Shown here piece by piece: positions 49,279 through 57,700 of a DNA stretch of 64,000 nucleotides. The notes below the pieces were generated by a model. It searched no databases. It saw only the letters and a list, made by a program, of their open reading frames with translations, and had not been told where the DNA came from. Made by a program: the position numbers and the translations under genes. This stretch comes from Gammaproteobacteria bacterium (GTDB taxonomy: Bacteria > Pseudomonadota > Gammaproteobacteria > Arenicellales > JAANXG01): NCBI GenBank assembly GCA_024638505.1, contig JAHEKE010000002.1, forward strand, positions 31,006-95,005. The letters are read 5' to 3'. How positions within the stretch are numbered: position 1 is the stretch's first letter; every line of letters begins with the position of its first letter.

Positions 49279-50161
49279 CGATCAACAGCCCTGCTGATTG
49301 CTCGTACGCGTTTTCGAATCGTGCCATATTCTGCGCCGTATATTCGGCGTAGTCGAAATCGAGCGTAGAGTGACGCTCCGAAACCATACTCCATAGCGTC
49401 TCGCGCATAAGCGACGCGCATTTCATGGCGCGGAAGCTGCGCTGTAGCGGTGCCGTTACCTTGGCCTCGAAGTAATTTTCCAGTAACCAGTTTTCCTGTA
49501 TCTCATTGAAGCTGTTGTTGGAGGCCAGGTTGGCAAGATCGAATAGCGGTGTGTTATAGCCGGCGTAGTCCCAATCGATTAACCATATGCGCGATCCGTC
49601 GTCTATAAAATTTGCCGCCAATAGATCGTTGTGTCCGAATACGATGCGCGTCGGGCCGAGTGCTGCCTCCAGCAGCTCAGCTTTGCGGGAGAGTTCCGGC
49701 AGCAAGCTTTGGTAACTGCTTTCGCTCGACGTTAGTTCCCCAATATAGTTGCGAATAACGTGAAACACCCAAAACATCAGCACCGGGCCGCGGAAATACC
49801 GCGGCATCTGCGTATGGCAGCGTTTGATCAGGCTGACAATTCGTTGCAGGTTGACCTGGATCCTTACATCCTCCTCTGTCAGCGTGCGACCATCAATGTA
49901 GCGGCAGACCATGAGCCCAGGTTCACTGTAAATAATTTCGGGAGACAGGCCGGCATGCTGCGCCGCTTTTGCCGCCGCTAACTCATTAAATCTCATCACA
50001 CCGTGTATGGGAATGTCTACACCGGTGCGGACGAAATAACTGAGATCGTTATCGCGCACCTTGAAGTTGAAATTGGTAATGCCGCCCTCGACAGGCACAG
50101 GATTTACCGGGCCTGACCAGCAGGACAGGGATTTGATTCGATCGGTAATGGCGGAATTCAT
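49271..50161 (-). CDS. choline/ethanolamine-kinase-like phosphotransferase
   Basis: 296 aa. GGITNFNF, the Brenner motif FGHNDLLAANFI, and the choline-kinase motif LIDWDYAGYNTPLFDLANL. The stop overlaps the start of the downstream dehydrogenase gene by 8 nt. Confidence 0.75.
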   Translation of the reverse strand: MNSAITDRIKSLSCWSGPVNPVPVEGGITNFNFKVRDNDLSYFVRTGVDIPIHGVMRFNELAAAKAAQHAGLSPEIIYSEPGLMVCRYIDGRTLTEEDVRIQVNLQRIVSLIKRCHTQMPRYFRGPVLMFWVFHVIRNYIGELTSSESSYQSLLPELSRKAELLEAALGPTRIVFGHNDLLAANFIDDGSRIWLIDWDYAGYNTPLFDLANLASNNSFNEIQENWLLENYFEAKVTAPLQRSFRAMKCASLMRETLWSMVSERHSTLDFDYAEYTAQNMARFENAYEQSAGLLIDA

Positions 50162-50465
50162 TTGTCTAGGTAAAAATCTTAGTTTACGGGCTGTGCTCTT
50201 GTTTCCACGCGCAATATATACGCTACGCCACTAAGTTGGGTAGCTGCAGCCGGCCTGATTCGGCGCGCTCTAGTATGGATGCAGGCCCCTGGCGCCGCAT
50301 GCCGAAGTGCGTCATGGCATAATCCGGTAGCTATTTTAAGCCTAGCAGTAGCTAACGCGGCCCCAGATGTTGAACCGTGTGAGCGAGGCCTAAATTGGTT
50401 TATTATTAGGCCCAATAGAAAAAGTTTTATCTGCGTTGTAGAACAAAAAAACGGGGAGACTGAGC

Positions 50466-51587
50466 ATGCTCATCGGTGTACCAAAGGAAATCAAAGATAA
50501 TGAAAATCGGGTAGGTCTGGCGCCATCCAGCGTACGGGAGCTGGCGCATCACGGGCACGACATACTGGTCGAGAAAAACGCCGGCGCCGGTATTGGGGTA
50601 ACTGATGAGGAGTACCAAGCGGTGGGAGCGAGCGTCGCTGGCGCGGCTGCTGAAGTATTTGAGCGGGCGGAGATGATCATAAAGGTCAAGGAGCCGCAGG
50701 CCGCGGAGCGTGCCATGTTGCGGCCGGGGCAGGTGTTGTTTACCTATCTGCATCTCGCGCCGGATCCGGACCAGACTAAAGACCTGGTCGACAGCGGCGC
50801 GGTTTGCATCGCTTACGAAACGGTAACTTCTCCGCACGGAGGACTGCCGCTGCTGGCGCCAATGTCTGAGGTGGCAGGTCGAATGGCGGTACAGGCCGGG
50901 GCATACTGTCTGGAGAAGCCGCACGGAGGATTGGGCATGTTGCTCGGTGGTGTACCGGGGGTGGATCCGGCCAAGGTGGTCGTTTTGGGCGCAGGCGTGG
51001 TGGGAACCCACGCCACTCACATTGCGGTAGGCATGGGAGCTGACGTCTCGGTGCTGGATCGCAATCTGGACGTGCTCAAGGCCCACTGGCGGCAGTTTGG
51101 ACGCAGCACAGATACTGTTTTTTCAACCCGGGATGCGGTTGAGCGCCACGTCCTTATGGCCGATCTGGTCATCGGCGGCGTGCTCATCCCGGGGGCCGCA
51201 GCGCCCAAGCTGGTCACGGCCGATATGGTCCGAAAGATGAAGCCAGGCGCAGTAGTGGTCGACGTCGCCATTGATCAGGGGGGCTGTTTCGAAACGTCGA
51301 AACCTACAACCCACGCCCATCCAACCTATGTGGTTGATGATGTCGTGCACTATTGTGTCGCCAACATGCCGGGCGGTGTACCCCGAACCTCCACCTTCGC
51401 GTTGAATAACGCCACCCTGCCGCACGTGGTGACGCTGGCTGATAAAGGCTACAAGAGAGCGCTGTTAGAGGATGTTCACCTGCTACAGGGATTAAACGTG
51501 CACAAGGGACACGTAACCTACAAGCCCGTTGCCGATGATCTGGGTTATGAATTTCGCGACCCGGTGGAGTCTCTGCACGACGATTAA
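50466..51587 (+). CDS. ald: alanine dehydrogenase
   Basis: MLIGVPKEIK..E.RV.L.P..V..L...GH......AG.G...D..Y...GA... and VVLGAGVVG. Length of 373 aa. Confidence 0.95.
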   Translation: MLIGVPKEIKDNENRVGLAPSSVRELAHHGHDILVEKNAGAGIGVTDEEYQAVGASVAGAAAEVFERAEMIIKVKEPQAAERAMLRPGQVLFTYLHLAPDPDQTKDLVDSGAVCIAYETVTSPHGGLPLLAPMSEVAGRMAVQAGAYCLEKPHGGLGMLLGGVPGVDPAKVVVLGAGVVGTHATHIAVGMGADVSVLDRNLDVLKAHWRQFGRSTDTVFSTRDAVERHVLMADLVIGGVLIPGAAAPKLVTADMVRKMKPGAVVVDVAIDQGGCFETSKPTTHAHPTYVVDDVVHYCVANMPGGVPRTSTFALNNATLPHVVTLADKGYKRALLEDVHLLQGLNVHKGHVTYKPVADDLGYEFRDPVESLHDD

Positions 51588-51803
51588 GGTCGGCCTGTTC
51601 GGCATCGCTTATGACAGCAGCGGCCTCAATGCGACTGCGGCTGCTTAAGGATACTTGTTTCCGGCGACCGACAGGATGATCGGCCTCGCCGCCATAAGCC
51701 GGATTGAGGTAGACTGTGCGTAAAACGCACACGAGTTGACTGCTGATGCCAAGCGGCAGTTGGCGCAATCGTTTGAAGACGAGACCTTAAGATCCAGGAG
51801 GCT

Positions 51804-53327
51804 ATGATGACTTCAACGCCAGAACCGTACAACCTTTATCACTATATCCAGGGCCAAAAGGTACCGGGAACGAGCGACCGCTTCGGCGATGTGTACAATC
51901 CGGCGACGGGCGCGGTGAGTAAAAGGGTTCCGCTGGCATCTGCGGAGGAGGTGCGGCAGGCGATTCGGGCCGCGGCGGACGCTTTACCAGGGTGGTCAGC
52001 AGTTCCGCCAGCACGCCGGGCGCAGGTGATGTTTGCCTTTCGCGACCTGTTGTTCAAGCACATGCACGAATTGGCTGAAATCGTGTCCAGCGAGCACGGC
52101 AAAACCCTTGATGACGCCAAAGGCTCAATCACCCGCGGTGTAGAGGTGGTTGAGTTCGCCTGCGGGATCCCGCAGCAGCTGAAGGGCGAATACTCTGAGT
52201 CTGTCGGCACCGGTGTCGAAAGCTACTCGATGCGACAACCGGTTGGCGTGTGTGCCGGTATAACGCCGTTTAATTTTCCCGCCATGGTGCCAATGTGGAT
52301 GTTTCCCGTGGCCATCGCCTGTGGCAACACCTTTGTATTGAAGCCGTCAGAAAAAGATCCCTCATGCTCTTTGCGCTTGGCGGAGCTGATGCAGGAGGCC
52401 GGTTTGCCGCAGGGCGTGCTGAATGTAGTCATCGGTGACAAAGAGGCGGTAGATACGCTGCTAACCGATCCTAACGTTGCCGCAGTGAGTTTTGTCGGCT
52501 CAACGGCGGTGGGTGAATACATTTACCGTACTGGGTGCGCCCATGGCAAGCGCGTCCAGGCGTTATGCGGCGCTAAAAACCATATGGTTGTGATGCCGGA
52601 TGCGGATATGGATCAGGTAACCGATGCCGTAATTGGGTCAGCATACGGGTCGGCCGGAGAACGGTGTATGGCTGTATCCGTGGTCGTGACAGTAGGTGAC
52701 GATACCGGGGATGAATTAATCGCAAGATTGGCGCCACGCATCAAAGCCCTGCGGGTAGGGCCTTATACCGACAAACGGGCTGAAATGGGTCCACTGGTGA
52801 CCAACGAACATATGCGTAAGGTTAGAGGATATGTTGATGTTGGAGTAAGTGAAGGGGCCGAGCTGGTTGTTGACGGCCGCGATCTAAGGATCGAAGACCA
52901 TGAGAATGGTGCCTTTCTGGGTGGCTGTCTGTTCGACCGGGTCAAACCGGATATGAAGATTTACCGAGAAGAAATTTTTGGTCCCGTGTTGTGCGTGGTG
53001 CGAGTTGATTCTTATGATCAGGCGCTGCAGCTGGTCAATGAGCACGAGTATGGCAACGGCTGTGCGGTGTTTACTCGTGATGGCGACTGCGCCCGACACT
53101 TCACCACGTCGGCGAAAATCGGCATGGTGGGGGTGAACGTTCCCATCCCCGTTCCGGTCGCGTATCACAGTTTCGGCGGTTGGAAACGCTCCCTGTTTGG
53201 CGACCACTTTATGCACGGACCCGAAGGCGTGCGCTTCTATACCCGGATGAAGACGGTGAGTGCGCGTTGGCCCTCCGGTATAAAAGACGGTGCGGTGTTT
53301 AACTTCAAGGCGGGGGGTGAGCACTGA
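51804..53327 (+). CDS. mmsA: CoA-acylating methylmalonate/malonate-semialdehyde dehydrogenase
   Basis: ITPFNFPAMVPMWMFP.AIACGNTFVLKPSE, GERCMA, VNVPIPVP...FGGWK.S.FGD are MmsA signatures. The second ATG (51807) has better spacing from AGGAGG. Confidence 0.92.
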   Translation: MMTSTPEPYNLYHYIQGQKVPGTSDRFGDVYNPATGAVSKRVPLASAEEVRQAIRAAADALPGWSAVPPARRAQVMFAFRDLLFKHMHELAEIVSSEHGKTLDDAKGSITRGVEVVEFACGIPQQLKGEYSESVGTGVESYSMRQPVGVCAGITPFNFPAMVPMWMFPVAIACGNTFVLKPSEKDPSCSLRLAELMQEAGLPQGVLNVVIGDKEAVDTLLTDPNVAAVSFVGSTAVGEYIYRTGCAHGKRVQALCGAKNHMVVMPDADMDQVTDAVIGSAYGSAGERCMAVSVVVTVGDDTGDELIARLAPRIKALRVGPYTDKRAEMGPLVTNEHMRKVRGYVDVGVSEGAELVVDGRDLRIEDHENGAFLGGCLFDRVKPDMKIYREEIFGPVLCVVRVDSYDQALQLVNEHEYGNGCAVFTRDGDCARHFTTSAKIGMVGVNVPIPVPVAYHSFGGWKRSLFGDHFMHGPEGVRFYTRMKTVSARWPSGIKDGAVFNFKAGGEH

Positions 53328-53420
53328 AACGCCGCCCGACGCTTTAGTCAAACTGCTGCCGCTTGTGGCTGCGCACTGCCGTATTGCGCCGATTTCGAAA
53401 GCGCGATAGTGAAAGGCCTG

Positions 53421-54299
53421 CTAGATATGCCGGGAGTTGAAACCCAGGCCAATGGTATGGGCACAGCGCTCGAGAAGGTGAATCTTTTCGCTCGGACAAA
53501 AGCACTGATTCCATGCGCTGTTGTTGAATGCAACCCGTTTGCGCCCCTGGATCACGTCATGCTGTAGGGTAAAAACGCGATAACTTTCCTCTCTGCAAAA
53601 ACGATCCAGACGCTGATGATCAGCCAAGTGTAGGATCTCAAGCACGAGCAGCGGTCGGTCTCTGCTGATGGTTTGTGCGCTGCCGGCAACAACCCGATGT
53701 TCGGTGCTTTCAACGTCGATCTTAATCAGGCTCAGGTTATCGACTTCCTCCGCACGAACGTAATCATCGATGGTCGTTACCTGCACCTTGAGCACCGACG
53801 CGTGCTCTTTTTTAAAGTCTGCGTTCAGCGAACAGCTCGATTCTATGGAGCCGTGATTCTGCAGCGGTACGTATAAGTCCTGCGTGCCGGGCTGATCCGA
53901 AAGCGCATGCTGTACTATTCGGATGCGGTGCGAGAGGGTGTTGGTGGTTATGTTTTTCTGCAGGATTGCCCTCGCTCTTGCGTAGGGTTCGAAAGCATGG
54001 ACCTGCACGGTTGCCGATGATCTTGCCGCCAGCAGTGAGTAAATTCCGGTATTTGCGCCAACATCAAAAAACGTGCCGCCACAAAGCTGAACGCAGGCGG
54101 CGATCACGTCCGGGACGGGTGGCTCGAAACCGTACCATCCCTGGCGCGCGAGTTTCAGCGCGATGTTATCCCGGCCGCTGGCGGTGGTCAGTACCAGATC
54201 CGACGGATCTTCAAAGTAGCCCGGTACCTTCAACCGAGCCCGCTTGGGCCCAGCCAGTCGCCGCAGGCTTCGATAGCCCCTCCTGACAATGGAGGTCAC
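53421..54299 (-). CDS. FkbM-family SAM-dependent methyltransferase
   Basis: FFDVGANTGIYSLLAA...V.AFEP.........N........I.....ALSD..G...L...........S...IKIDVE..E..V. Confidence 0.7.
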   Translation of the reverse strand: MTSIVRRGYRSLRRLAGPKRARLKVPGYFEDPSDLVLTTASGRDNIALKLARQGWYGFEPPVPDVIAACVQLCGGTFFDVGANTGIYSLLAARSSATVQVHAFEPYARARAILQKNITTNTLSHRIRIVQHALSDQPGTQDLYVPLQNHGSIESSCSLNADFKKEHASVLKVQVTTIDDYVRAEEVDNLSLIKIDVESTEHRVVAGSAQTISRDRPLLVLEILHLADHQRLDRFCREESYRVFTLQHDVIQGRKRVAFNNSAWNQCFCPSEKIHLLERCAHTIGLGFNSRHI

Positions 54300-54401
54300 G
54301 GTGGTAAAGCAGCCTTCTGCCCCGCGCCTCGATCAGATTCCTCTGAACGCCGAACCTCTCTGGATTGAAATGATTGCAGGCGGTTCCCCTTGCCTATTGC
54401 C

Positions 54402-55715
54402 CTAAAACTGACTCGGTAGCCACAGCGCGATCTGTGGAAATGCCATAACCAGAGCCAGGCCGAGGATCATCACCAGCACGAACGGCACGATGGAACGGTA
54501 GATGTCCATCAGCGTGATCTCCGGCGGCGCCATAGCGCGCATCAGAAACAGGTTGTAGCCGAAGGGCGGCGTCATGTAGGCGATCTGGCAGGTGATGGTG
54601 TAGAGCACGCCGTACCAGATCGGATCGAATCCCAGCGCGATGACCAGGGGCACATAGAGCGGCGCGACGATGACCAGCATGGCGGTGTCGTCCAGGAAGG
54701 TTCCCATCAGCAAGTAGGACAGCTGCATCATGATCAGTACGCCCCACGGGCTCAGCCCCCAGCGCTCGATGAACAGTGATTCTATGGCCTTGACTGCACC
54801 CAACCCGTCGAACACCGCACCGAAGCTCAAAGCGGCCAGGATGATCCACATGAACATGCAGCTCACAGCGAGTGACTTACGTACGGTGTCCTCCAGTACC
54901 TTGTGGGTCAGACGCTTCTTGAACAACGCGGCCAGGGTAGCGGCGGTGGCGCCTACGGCGGAACTCTCGACCAGATTGGTGACACCCATTACGAACAGCC
55001 CGGTCATGGAAAAGAAGATCAAAATCGGAATGATGCCGGCCCGCAGCAGCTTGAGCTTTTGCTTGAGGGGAATGTTTCGTTCCTCCTCGGCAAGCGGCGG
55101 GCCCAGGTGCGGCTGAAATTTACACCGGATAACGATGTACAGGATGAATAGACCGGCCAGCAGGAGCCCTGGTATGGCGCCTGCGAGCCACAACTGACTG
55201 ACCGGTTGGCGCGCGATCATGCCGTACAAAACCAGCACCACGCTGGGTGGCACCAGGATCCCGAGTGAACTGCCGGCCTGAATCACGCCGGTGATCATTA
55301 CCTTGTCGTAGCCCCGCCGCAGCATCTCCGGCAGAGCGATGGTGGCGCCGATGGCCATGCCGGCGACGCTCAACCCGTTCATGGCCGAGATGATGATCAT
55401 CAAACCGATGGTGCCGACAGCTAGGCCGCCCTTGAGCGGGCCGAACCAGACGTGAAAAGCGTGATACAGATCGCTGGCAATCCTGGATTCCGACAACATG
55501 TAGCCCATGTAGATGAACAACGGCAGCGTCAGCAGCGGGTACCAGGTGAACAGCTTGAATGCCGCACTGAACGGCATTTCGATGCCACCTTTGCCCCATA
55601 GCAGCAAGGCGAAGATGGCAGCGACGAATCCGATGGCGCCAAACACGCGCTGGCCAGTGAGCAGCAGCAGCAGCATCGATGTAAACATCAACAACGCGAT
55701 CAGTTCGTAGTTCAT
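54402..55715 (-). CDS. dctM: TRAP transporter large permease
   Basis: 437 aa, polytopic. Typical DctM N-terminus, with repeats of the G..GLSVAGMAIGATIALPEM type. Confidence 0.92.
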   Translation of the reverse strand: MNYELIALLMFTSMLLLLLTGQRVFGAIGFVAAIFALLLWGKGGIEMPFSAAFKLFTWYPLLTLPLFIYMGYMLSESRIASDLYHAFHVWFGPLKGGLAVGTIGLMIIISAMNGLSVAGMAIGATIALPEMLRRGYDKVMITGVIQAGSSLGILVPPSVVLVLYGMIARQPVSQLWLAGAIPGLLLAGLFILYIVIRCKFQPHLGPPLAEEERNIPLKQKLKLLRAGIIPILIFFSMTGLFVMGVTNLVESSAVGATAATLAALFKKRLTHKVLEDTVRKSLAVSCMFMWIILAALSFGAVFDGLGAVKAIESLFIERWGLSPWGVLIMMQLSYLLMGTFLDDTAMLVIVAPLYVPLVIALGFDPIWYGVLYTITCQIAYMTPPFGYNLFLMRAMAPPEITLMDIYRSIVPFVLVMILGLALVMAFPQIALWLPSQF

Positions 55716-56251
55716 ACATAGCCCCCGTCTACTGCGGGCCGACTGATCGGTTTGCCCTTAAACGCCGCGAGCTCCTTGAAAAAAGTAGAAATCACCTGGA
55801 GCAACATCAGCAGGATGCCAATAGTCATGACTACTTTGATCGGCGCCATGGGGGGCGCCCAAACCGAGAAGTTCTTCTGGTCGTACTCGATAGCATACTG
55901 GGTGCTGGAGATGCCGCCGTATAGCAGGATCGATACGTAGAAAAACAGGAAACACGAAGTGATAGTGTCTGTGAACGCCTTCCGCTTCGGTGTCCAACTG
56001 CCGTAGAGCAGGTCCATACGCACATGGGCGCCAAGCAGCATTGAGTACGCCCCGCCCAGCAGGTAGTAGGCGGTCATGATCATCTGCGCCATCTCTGTCG
56101 TCCAGATCGGCGGCAGGTCGAAGAAGGTTCTGGATATCGTCGCGTAGAGGAGTACGCCCATCATAACAAAGATCAAATACATGACCAGCCGCCCCAACCC
56201 GCGGTTCATGGTATCAACGAACCGAACGTACCTTGCTATCGCTGTCGGCAA
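55712..56251 (-). CDS. dctQ: TRAP transporter small permease
   Basis: 179 aa, 4 TM. A 4-nt overlap with dctM. Confidence 0.8.
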   Translation of the reverse strand: MPTAIARYVRFVDTMNRGLGRLVMYLIFVMMGVLLYATISRTFFDLPPIWTTEMAQMIMTAYYLLGGAYSMLLGAHVRMDLLYGSWTPKRKAFTDTITSCFLFFYVSILLYGGISSTQYAIEYDQKNFSVWAPPMAPIKVVMTIGILLMLLQVISTFFKELAAFKGKPISRPAVDGGYV

Positions 56252-56312
56252 TCTCGTATCGCTCCTGAGGTTCCCGAACTCGTGAGAACTGGGGATTCAG
56301 CGGATGGAGTAT

Positions 56313-56351
56313 GGAAAAGAGCAGCCCTTCCCGAAACTGCGGGGAAGGGCT
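56313..56351 (-). terminator. intrinsic terminator/attenuator between dctP and dctQ
   Basis: Minus strand: AGCCCTTCCC, a 9-nt loop, GGGAAGGGCT, then GCTCTTTTCC. It sits 28 nt after the dctP stop. Confidence 0.7.
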
Positions 56352-56378
56352 CTTTACGCAGTTGAGATAGCGCCCGCC

Positions 56379-57428
56379 TCAGTTGTAGCGATACGGCCGC
56401 CCGGCATTTTCCATGACCGTGGCGTACTGTTTGAAGATCTCGACCACCTTCCCGGCCCTCTCGCTCGTCTCGGCGATTTCGTCCCAGAATAGTTTGGCCG
56501 CGAGTTCCACGGTCGCCCACTCGTCATCCGGGATAGATGTAAGTTCGAGCTTGGTGCCCTGGGTGCGCAGGTGCGCTTCGCCGCCCCAGTACCAGTGCTG
56601 CCGGTAATAATGAGAGCTATCCATGGCGAGTCGGAACAGTTCCTGCAAGTGCGGCGGTACTTTCTCCCAGGAGGCGGTGTTGGCGAAGAACGAGCCAATC
56701 CACGCGCCGGTAAGATTCTGGGTCAGGAAGTACTTTGTTACGTCCGCCCAGCCGACCGTGTAGTCCTCGGTGATGCCGGACCAGGCCATGCCGTCCAGCT
56801 GGCCGGTGACCACCGCCGACTCCGCGTCTTCGTAGGGAATCTGAACGGGCACCACGCCGAACTGCGCCAGGAACTTCCCGGCCGTCGGGAAGGTGTACAC
56901 GCGCAGCCCTTTGAGGTCCTCCAGGCTGCGGATTGGCTTGACCGTGTTGAAGTGGCAGGGGTCCCAGGAGCCGGCGCTCAACCAGGTGACGCCCTCGATC
57001 TCGTCGTAGGCCTCCTTCCAGATCTCGGCCAGGCCGTACTGGCTGAACAGCACTGGCACGTCCAGGCTGTAGCGGGTGGAGAATGGGAAGTAGCCGCCGA
57101 ACACGCCGACGTCCGCGGGCGAGGCCATGGAGTCCTCGTCGCTCTGCACCGCGTCGATGGTGCCTGCCTGCATGGCGCGGAACAGTTCTCCCGTTGGAAC
57201 CAACTGGTCCGAGGTGTAGAGCTCGATCACCATCTCGCCGTTGGCGACCTTATTAAAGGAATCGATCGCCGGCTTGACCACGTGCTCGGCCAGCGCGGCC
57301 CCGGCATAGGTCTGCAGCCGCCATTTGATGGTCGATTTTTGTTGCGCTTTGACATAAGGTGCATTCACGGCCGCTACCGCGGCTGCGGTACCGACTCCCG
57401 CACTCCTCAGGAAATCTCGTTTTTTCAT
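56379..57428 (-). CDS. dctP: TRAP transporter substrate-binding protein (DctP family)
   Basis: The internal ATG at 57428 has AAGGAG upstream and gives MKKRDFLRSAGVGTAAAVAAVNAPYVKA, a Tat-like signal with a KR pair. A DctP-like fold follows. Confidence 0.88.
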   Translation of the reverse strand: MKKRDFLRSAGVGTAAAVAAVNAPYVKAQQKSTIKWRLQTYAGAALAEHVVKPAIDSFNKVANGEMVIELYTSDQLVPTGELFRAMQAGTIDAVQSDEDSMASPADVGVFGGYFPFSTRYSLDVPVLFSQYGLAEIWKEAYDEIEGVTWLSAGSWDPCHFNTVKPIRSLEDLKGLRVYTFPTAGKFLAQFGVVPVQIPYEDAESAVVTGQLDGMAWSGITEDYTVGWADVTKYFLTQNLTGAWIGSFFANTASWEKVPPHLQELFRLAMDSSHYYRQHWYWGGEAHLRTQGTKLELTSIPDDEWATVELAAKLFWDEIAETSERAGKVVEIFKQYATVMENAGRPYRYN

Positions 57429-57700
57429 TCTGCCTGGCTCCTTAAGTGGTGTTTGGGTTAACATCCGAACGCGCTCGCGTCTGGTGGTAACGCCTATGGT
57501 GGTTATGAGGAAAATCAATCATAGTATTAGCAAAATCGAAAAGCAATTACAGCTTATAACTCTTGCAGCGCGGTGTTGATGATGGAATCCACAGGTGCTG
57601 CAACGGGATGACCAACAGTTCGTTACGGCCGTTTTCCAGTTAATTCAGACGCAGTCGATCACGTTTTTTTTCAGCCGACGCTTGAATAGGGTTTGGGTCA

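Noticed and set aside
50427-51086. A 219-aa minus-strand ORF, plus several 67-154-aa ORFs between 50813 and 51768, antisense to or overlapping ald and the spacer downstream of it.
   Set aside because: It lies inside a very well-supported alanine dehydrogenase gene, and its translation is Arg/His/Ser-rich and low in complexity. This is the typical shadow ORF of a GC3-rich gene.
56571-57461. A 296-aa plus-strand ORF antisense to dctP. There are also 199-aa and 151-aa off-frame ORFs within dctM (55120-55719 and 54394-54849).
   Set aside because: They are shadow ORFs produced by the high GC3 of the TRAP genes. The translations are Arg/Gly/His-rich and match no family pattern. I used them only as supporting evidence for the compositional anomaly.
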